A DNA stretch of 60,091 bases, counting the filler, from Ionaspis alba (Eukaryota), in the NCBI GenBank assembly GCA_964255285.1. It is 10 parts of 10 records of this genome, joined end to end, with 100 filler letters (N's around TTAATTAATTAA, not from the genome) between each part and the next. Parts side by side here need not be neighbours in the genome. Positions count along the whole stretch, not along the records: positions 48,223 to 54,109 come from CAXUUL010000975.1; positions 54,210 to 60,091 come from CAXUUL010000976.1; 8 more parts are not named here. One strand, written 5' to 3'. The first letter of the stretch is position 1, and the number at the start of each line of letters is the position of its first letter. The notes below the pieces were generated by a model that saw only the letters and a program-made list of their open reading frames with translations, searched no databases and had not been told where the DNA came from. Position numbers and translations under genes: made by a program. Of this stretch, positions 51,747 to 60,091 are shown piece after piece.

Positions 51747-51994
51747 ACATAGCCTCGCCTTTCGCTTAGTAATTCTAGCATAGTCTTAAGTACGAGTGAG
51801 AAGCCATCGCATATGGGAAAGCGCTCAAAAGGTCTATTCAGTACCTTTGTTTTATGTGTGTATTCAATGGAAAATCATACTAAGATCATTATTGCAACTG
51901 ATCCAACCAAGTCTCGAGTCCCCTGCCTTCATCTCTCCGTATCCGTACGCCATTCATCTATGATTCTCGTCGATCGTGACTACTGTACACTGCC

Positions 51995-53580
51995 TTACCT
52001 GTAGCTCTGCCTATGACCATTTTGAGGAGGCGACACTTGAGCCCAAGTCTGATGAATGTCCTGTCTCAAATGAATGCTATCGTCCTCCACGTCTCCTTTA
52101 GCGCCGCTGTGGATAAAGGTCTTTATCGACTTCAGTTGCCCAAGCTCGACGTCTGGAGCTTCAGAGTGTAGAATATGATTTGGAGGAAGCTTGCTGTCTG
52201 AAGAGTTGTTTTTGGATGAAAGATACCCTGGGTGCTTCTCAGAGTGTTGCCGGGTTGATCCTTTGCTGTGGAAGGTGTACTTGGTCCGCGAATGGAGCCG
52301 AGAGACGTAAGATGTGATTTTGGAGGAAATTGATGTATGCTGGACCAGATTCTTGCACGCGGGCATGCAAACGCACGCAACGCCGACAGATCCTTCAACA
52401 ATGCTGTGAATTACAATTTAGCAAGATGCTGTCACAGAAGCTTGAAGCCTATCAGTACTGACCCTAGTACTACCGGGGGTAGGAGCTCCCATGTGAAATC
52501 AGTACCGTGCTCTGAGCGCCAACGGTAGATGAGCCCAATTACGCTGCAAATGCAAGCACTATATATCGACTTAGACGCGGAGGCGTGGTGGAGAATAGGG
52601 ACGACTTACAAAAACCCAGTCGCAAATATTGTGACAATACCGATTTTTCGCCGTGTTGGCATCTGCAATTGCCACACTCCAACAATAGGTAGAATCAATA
52701 AATAGAAATCACTGATGACGCCAAAGCTTGCTACTGCAATTACCACTGTAGCAGCAGGACTATTCACTTCCCGAGCAATCCTCGGCAGAAAAACTTGGCC
52801 CGGCCCTGGTATCAAATAATAAAGTTGACAGATTGTGGTGGCAATATAGAAACTCGTGGTGATAACAGCACCAACATGAATGGCCCGTCTCAGAGCCTTA
52901 TTCGGCCAAAATATCTGCAGGTACAGCAGGAAAAAAGACAGTTTGGCGAATAGCATTGTTGGCGATAGGAGTGCAGCTAATACAGCGCTAGACTAGCCGT
53001 CGTTAGCTTGTGTAAGTCTTTCGAAAAAGGTGTATGTCAAAAAGCTTCTTGTTACTTTAAGGAATCGATCGTTGGTAAGTGCCCCTATCTTAAGATCCCA
53101 TAGATGCGTACCGATCCCTGCTTTGACAACTGCATGCTCCAGACCGTTAGATGATGAGACTTATTGATGAGAGTTTGGCTTCCTGACGTATCACGGAGGC
53201 TGCATATTGCCCAAATGCTCCTAGCTGAGACTCTCGTTTCGTATCAGTGCTTTAGTCACCCTGATCTAAAGTGAGAATTAGGAGCCACGCACCATTGCGA
53301 TTATGCATGTCACTAACAGTACTCATCAGTGATATTTCTCAATGCACGTTGATTGAAGCTTACGGTCATCCCAGGTGGCTTTCCCAATGATGAAGGCTTT
53401 GACACACAGTCTGGCTGCTACGAAAAAAGTCATGATTCCCACAGAAACAGCGCCGATGACCAGAGAGAGCGTTGCTTGTGACTCGGGATTCGTGAAATTT
53501 GCTTTGACTCCCGGCGGCGGAGTTGCGGCCGGGAATTCCGCAAATGCTGATAGCTGATCTGGAGGAATCGAGAAAGACAT
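51995..53580 (-). CDS. PTH11-like GPCR (fungal rhodopsin domain, no CFEM)
   Basis: PPPGVKANFTNP, WDD, GIGTHLWD, AKLSFFLLY, DFYLLILPI..VWQLQMP.RRK, DFTWE. The exons I traced join in frame. Confidence 0.88.
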
Positions 53581-54209
53581 TTCGGCCAAGGAGCTATGAA
53601 TATCTTCAGCAGAGACTGGAACACTTGAGGAAAGACTTCTTTAATGAGAGCACGAGAGACCAACACCCAATGCTTGGAGACATTCATGAACCGGATGACT
53701 TTGCGCCATCCCACTTTCAAGAAGGAAGGATTCTCTGCTTATCTCGTTGCATGCACTGTGCCTCAAATACTTCCAAATTTTAAGCTGCAGCCTGATCTTG
53801 TTGGCTGTCACATTACACGCAAGACAGGGAACGTCGATCAAGTTCAGCGATTGCGATAAACAAATGCGAGTCATCATCAACAACATCTCTTGACTACTTG
53901 GATCATTAGCAGTACAGGAGTGGACGACACACACAGTTGATGCAAAGAGGAGGCATTTCAGCTCCGGTAGACTCTTGTGCAAAGCTCAGTTGCAAGTAAT
54001 CATCCTGCCATCACAAGGCACAGCGTCTTTCCCAGGATCGTGTGCCACTCGAAGGCATGGGTTTTCAGCCTGCAGGTGTTGGATCTCGATTAATGTGGAT
54101 ATACGAAGCNNNNNNNNNNNNNNNNNNNNNNNNNNNNNNNNNNNNNNNNNNNNTTAATTAATTAANNNNNNNNNNNNNNNNNNNNNNNNNNNNNNNNNNN
54201 NNNNNNNNN

Positions 54210-57200
54210 TATGCCGTTCGTACAGTGATCAGCGGCTGGGATGAGAGCTTCAATTCCATTACCGGACTCAACGGCAGCGGAAAGTCAAATATACTGGATG
54301 CGATATGTTTCGTTTTGGGTATTACGAGTTTGACGACCGTGAGGGCAGCCAACTTACAGGTATCGACTCCGCCCAGAGATGACTCGCTGAGAGTCTGTCC
54401 CGCTTACTTTATAATCATTAGGATCTCATCTACAAACGTGGGCAAGCTGGTGTCACCAAAGCCAGCGTGACCATTGTTTTCGACAACCGCGACACCCCAA
54501 GATCTCCCATAGGCTTCGAGGAATATGCTCAAATCTCTGTTACGCGCCAAATCGTACTAGGAGGCACCAGCAAATACCTCATCAATGGCCATCGCGCACA
54601 GCAGCAGACCGTGCAAAATCTCTTCCAATCCGTCCAGCTCAATATCAACAATCCGAATTTCCTCATTATGCAGGGCCGCATAACCAAGGTATTGAACATG
54701 AAAGCAGTCGAGATCCTAGCCATGATTGAGGAGGCGGCAGGGACGAGGATGTTCGAGGAGCGGAGGGATAAGGCCTTCAAGACCATGGCCAAGAAGGAAA
54801 TGAAGGTACAAGAGATTACCGAGCTATTGAAGGAGGAAATCGAGCCCAAGTTAGAGAAGCTCCGCACCGAGAAAAGAGCATTTCTGGACTTCCAACAAAC
54901 ACAGAGTGATTTGGAGCGCCTCACGAAAATGGTTGTTGCCCACGACTATGTGAAGAACAAGGAAAGATTGAAACAATCAGCAAGCGACCTTGAAGATAAG
55001 AGGGAACGAGTGAGAGACCTCGGAGAGACGGCGGAGAGGCTGAAAAACGAAATCGTTAACCTTGAAGAGGACGTGAGGAGGATTAAGGCTGCCAGGGAGA
55101 AAGAGTTACGGAAAGGGGGCAAATTTCAGGCGTTGGAAGACAAGGTTAAGTTACACTCACACGAACTGGTACGGTTAGCAACTGTGATGGATCTCAAAAT
55201 ATCGAGTTTCAATGAAGAAAAGGAAAGACAAGAAACCTTGCAGAAGTCTGTGAAGGATCTGGACTTGCAGCTTGGTGAGAAGAGCGAGATATACACGAGG
55301 CTGCAGACACAATACGACACAGCGAAAGCCGAATTCGATAGGCATTCCGAAGAGCTAGAACAGAAGGAGGAGCTCTTACAGACTCTGCAAACCGGTGTTG
55401 CTTCGAGGGAAGGCCAAGAGAATGGATACCAGGGCCAACTGCAAGATGCAAGATGTCGTGCAAATGCCGCTACTACAGAACAAGAACAAGCTAAACTAAA
55501 AATTTCACATTTAGAGAAACGTATAAGGGAAGAGGAACCTCGAGCTAAGAAGGCCAAGGAGCAGAACTCAGGTCTTTTGAAAGACCTCGAAGGCTTGCGA
55601 GCTCAGGCGAAGAAGCTTGAGAGTGAGTTGAAGAGACTCGGTTTTGAACCTGAGAAGGAAAACCAGATGAATCAGCAAGAGGCTCTACTGCAACAAGACA
55701 TTCGACACCTTCGCGAACGGATCGATGGCATGAAGCGGAAGGTTGCCAACATGGATTTTACCTACTCTGATCCAGCGCCTGATTTTGATCGATCAAAAGT
55801 CAAGGGGTTGGTAGCACAACTTTTCACGCTGCGGGAAGAGAAGACACAAACAGGCACTGCACTGGAAATTTGTGCGGGCAGTCGATTGTACAACGTTGTT
55901 GTAGATTCGGCAGAGACAGGCACAGAGCTGCTACAGCATGGCAAGCTGAGGAAGAGGGTCACAATTATCCCATTGAACAAGATCTCCGCTTTCAGGGCAT
56001 CGGCTGAGAAGATCGGCGCAGCTCAGAAAGTTGCTCCTGGTAAAGTCGATCTTGCCTTGTCCTTGATAGGCTACGATAAGGAAATTTCTGCCGCGATGGA
56101 ATACGTGTTTGGGTCCACCTTGATCTGTGAGGATGCGGAAACTGCAAAGCGCGTGACTTTTGACCCAGCAGTGAAGATGAAGAGCGTGACCCTTGAAGGT
56201 GATGTCTACGATCCATCGGGCACGCTTTCCGGCGGTAGTTCACCTAATTCGAGCGGAGTACTGGTGACGCTGCAGAAGCTTAACGCCTCGAACCGGGAAC
56301 TGAACCTCAAGGAGACCGAATTGCGAGAACTACAAGCAATGATGGCCAAAGAGAAGAAGAAGATTGATTCGGGGAGGAAAATTAAGCAGGAGCTAGATCT
56401 TAAATATCACGAGATCAAGCTGACCGAGGAGCAGATTGGAGGCAATTCTTCATCATCGGTAAGTCAACGGAATGTGCTTAATATTTTCCAAGCTAATCTC
56501 GTAGATCATCCAAGGGGTCGAAGAGATGAAAAGCACCATCCAGCAGCTTCTGGCCGAGATTGTCGCCGCGAAGTTGCGGCACAACGAAGCTTCCAACGAC
56601 ATCAAACGCATTGACAAGGATATCAACGATTTCAGCAATGACAAAGACAGTAAACTAGCAGAGTTGAAGTCTACTCTCGACATCTTCAAGAAGGCCCAAA
56701 GCAAGCAATCAATTACTGTCAAAGCGTTACAAAAGGAGGTCCAAGTAGCAAGGCTTGATTCTGAGCAATGTGAGGCAGATCTTGGAGCGGCAAAAGAACA
56801 GCTTGCGGAAATACAGAACACCCTGAAAGCCCAAGATGCAGAAATGAAAGCATTACAAAAAGAGACTGCCGATATTAAGGTACGGAACCAGCATAACAGT
56901 CGGACTCAGTAGCTAACCCCATTCAAAGGACGCTCACAATATAGCCCAAACACAACTCGAGGACGAGCGCGCGAAACTCACTGGTTTCGATGAGGAGCTT
57001 AGAGACCTGGAACACGCCTCCAAGACGAAAGCCTCGCGAATTACAGAAGAAGGGCTGGAAATGCAGAAGCTCAACCACCAAATCGAGAAGTTCCATAAGG
57101 AGCAACAAGGCGCCGCGCAGACCCTCGCGCAAATGGAGAACGAGCATAACTGGATTGCAGAAGAAAGGGAGATGTTTGGTCGTGCTAATACCCCTTACGA

Positions 57201-57927
57201 TTTCAAAGGGCAGAACATTGCAGAATGCAAGTCTTCTCTCCGCAACCTCACCGAGCGTTTTCAGGGCATGAAAAAGAAGATCAACCCGAAAGTAATGAAT
57301 ATGATCGACAGTGTCGAGAAAAAGGAGGTTGCCCTGAAGAACATGATGAAAACAGTGGTTCGAGACAAGAGGAAGATTGAGGAAACCATCAGCACTTTGG
57401 ATGAATATAAGAAAGAGGCACTGCACAAGACATGGTCCAAGGTCAATGGAGATTTTGGGCAGATTTTTGCCGATTTGTTGCCTGGAAGTTTTGCCAAGCT
57501 CGATCCGCCAGAGGGCAAGCAGATCTCTGATGGATTGGAAGTGAAGGTCTGCTTAGGAAAGGTGTGGAAACAGAGCCTGACTGAGCTGAGTGGTGGTCAA
57601 CGGTAATCCTCTCTTAATTGCCTTTGTTCCGTCTTCATGATTCTGACAAGCCCTGTGGATAGGTCTCTTATCGCTCTATCCTTGATCATGGCCCTCTTGC
57701 AATTCAAGCCCGCCCCGATGTATATTCTGGACGAAGTCGATGCAGCCCTCGATCTTTCCCATACTCAAAATATTGGTAGATTGATCAAAACCAGGTTCAA
57801 AGGGTCACAATTCATTGTGGTCAGTCTGAAAGACGGCATGTTCCAGAACGCCAATCGGATTTTCAGGACGAGGTTCAGTGAAGGAACAAGCGTGGTACAA
57901 GCTCTTACACCGGCTGATCTAAGGTGA
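54210..57927 (+). CDS. SMC2: Condensin subunit Smc2 (5' few codons missing)
   Basis: Walker [21 protein letters not shown], hinge RVTIIPLN, signature LSGGQR, Walker [11 protein letters not shown]. Confidence 0.97.
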
Positions 57928-58609
57928 ATGTCATCGTTCACTTGGTGTCGTTGTGGCGATTAGCGAGGCGTTGTGGTGTATCAATTCGGCGGGGCTAGCC
58001 TTTGGAGGCAGGTTACTGTCTAGGTAAAGAGGATGGGATCGGAGTACGTATCTTGAAATTACCGGTCAGCAGTCAGTGTATTTCTACAATGTCTCACAGA
58101 GCATTCGTGGAGTCTGTCTGGCAGGCATGAGTTATGGGGCATCTGCTTTCATGGGCTGGATTTTTGCCGAGTATATGAATGTCAATTGCTATAGGTTGAC
58201 TGTTTGTAAATGCGAGAACCGCGAGAGATAGAATCAGTCGTAGTGCCTCCTCCCATGCTCCTATGCTTCAGAATCCGTGCCCATACACGCGGTGCGAGAA
58301 ATAGTTGGGACAGTCTCTCAACTTTTGTTCGCACCGCGTACGGCGTGCCATGTAAACTTCGCCTCATGGCTGACGTTCGATAATGCCAAGGCAACTATTC
58401 CGATTATATTCCTATCATCTGGGTTCTCGCTCAAACACGACGAGGCTTGCCTCAAACACTCCAAATACTAATTCGAGAACTGTCCATTCGCCTACATCGA
58501 GTCAAACAAAGTCCCACAGCATCCGGCCAAGCAATAACCTATTCGTGGCCAGGCCAACTCGCCACTACCACCTCGACCGCAGCCGATCCCCTCAATCCCG
58601 TCCTCTTCA

Positions 58610-59365
58610 ATGTCTTCGTCCTCAATCAATATACCGCAACTGCTCGTCGTCCTTCTCCTCACCGGGATCGCCATTCGATACTTCTTCTTCTCCTCCAGCC
58701 ATTCTTCATCCTCCGGAGCATTTCCAGGCTCAGGGTCTTCGAGCAGGCGATCGAGAGCGGCGGATCCACGGCAGGTTGAGCAAATCGCACAGATGTTCCC
58801 GCAGGTAGGCCGGCGGGAAATAATATGGGATCTACAGAGGAATGGAGGAAGCGTCACTGCTACTTCCGAGAGGATTCTGGCTGGAGCGGGACTGGAAACG
58901 GTGGGTGCTAGTTTTATTTAATGTTTGACCTAAGCACGTCCACACGCGGTACTGCTTGAGATGTAACGGTTCGGGGCTTCTACTCAAATGGCGAGATTTC
59001 ATGCTTCACAGCTACTCTCTGGCGAGCCTCGAGAGAAAGGATCCTATACTGATTTCTATGGTCAATTTTCGCAGCCACCGCCTTCCTTTCAGCCTCCTTC
59101 CCTTGCTGATTCATCACCCGGAGCCGCTTCAGGCTCTACGCCTTCAAAGCTGCCAGTCCAGCAGGACCTCATTAGCCGATACAACCTTTCATCCAAGGTC
59201 TCCCAACCGCCAGCTCCCATGGAGTCATTCGGAACAGCAGCTGGAAAGAAATTGGCGTGGTCACAAAACAAGAACGAACGGCAGGCTCTGTTGCAACGGA
59301 GAAGGGAGGAGATGATCCTGGGTGCCAGAAGAAGACTGGAGGAGAGAGATAGGAAAGGGTCTTGA
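58610..59365 (+). CDS. Membrane-anchored CUE-domain protein (Cue1/Cue4-like, ERAD)
   Basis: N-terminal TM; QMFPQV...WDLQRNGGSVTATSERIL CUE domain; DLISRYNL; C-terminal ERQALLQRRREEMILGARR. Intron ~58901-59074. Confidence 0.85.
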
Positions 59366-60091
59366 ATTGGTCGGGGTCGAGATCTGAAGAGTGAAGCATG
59401 CTGGGGCATGATGCGATTCGATTGTGGTATGAGCTAATCATATAACCAAAGTTTTTCGCCCCAGACGTTTCCGTAGTGGAGCCGCAGAAAGTGACTTGTA
59501 GCCCGAAATGGTGCTTGTTGTTCTACACGTGCGCTATACACGAAGATCGCAAGTTGGTGAACAAATAAAAATACGTCGATACAGCCCCCGAATCCAACTT
59601 TCTCCCTCCCAGACTCAGAGCTTCTCGACCGGCGGATCAGTGTTGACTTTTCCATGTTCACAAGTCGCCACGATTACTCCATCCCGCAGTCTTCTCATCG
59701 TACCTCTCAAACTGGCTGCCCCCAAATTTGAACATCAGCGTAACCCCTCTAAGGGGCTCAAGTTCTGCCACTTCGAAAGGACAAATAGCACTTACCCATC
59801 CGCTTGCCAAGGCCCATAACTTCACCAACGACTTCCACCTCCTCCCCTATCGGCACCGCACACAGATACGTGACATTCAAAGTTCTACTGACTCCTAAGA
59901 TCCTCAACTGTCAGTCTTCACCTCGTCCCAGCCCCCTCTCCCCGCAATCACTCCATGTGCCAGACAAATTGCTCCGCTGATATGGAACCCCCTTACCTCC
60001 AAACTGCCAGAAACCCTCCCGAGCCACCAAAGCCAACGCAATGCCAGTGAGATTATCAAAGATCAATGCCGTAGCACCGCCGTGAAGCATG

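Noticed and set aside
53225..53330. Hammerhead-like CTGATGAG...CGAAAC on the minus strand
   Set aside because: Stems I and II cannot form properly; the CTGAT motifs are intron branch points of the PTH11-like gene.
6015..54165. TTAATTAATTAA palindrome recurring every ~6 kb
   Set aside because: Always embedded in N runs; it is an artificial six-frame-stop linker, not a biological repeat.

Overview
This window is filamentous-ascomycete (Pezizomycotina) nuclear DNA with intron-containing genes, and it is not one locus. Nine 100-nt N-TTAATTAATTAA-N linkers split it into ten pieces of non-increasing length (5970, 5948, 5941, 5939, 5926, 5912, 5899, 5887, 5887, 5882 nt). That pattern indicates size-sorted, unrelated contigs, so gene neighbourhoods are only meaningful within each ~5.9-kb block. 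Recognisable genes are a C2H2/fungal-TF regulator, an Ada-like fragment, BDP1, BRE1, ERV2, securin, a PD-(D/E)XK nuclease-like gene, MPG1/PSA1, a DHA1 MFS pump, acuK/ERT1, AAR2, a DOMON-cytochrome b561, TYR1, a PTAR1-like gene, a DENN-C1 protein, a P450 start, a PTH11-like receptor, SMC2 and a CUE protein. There are also several pseudogenes (APH kinase, HET, UGT) and two 166-bp solo LTRs. The most interesting signal is in TYR1. Its first intron contains a complete second intron that hosts a snR13-like box C/D snoRNA, with possible poison micro-exons and a possible two-state fold. Its last intron is long, structured and lacks a canonical branch point. All gene calls are motif recognition from memory; no searches were run.
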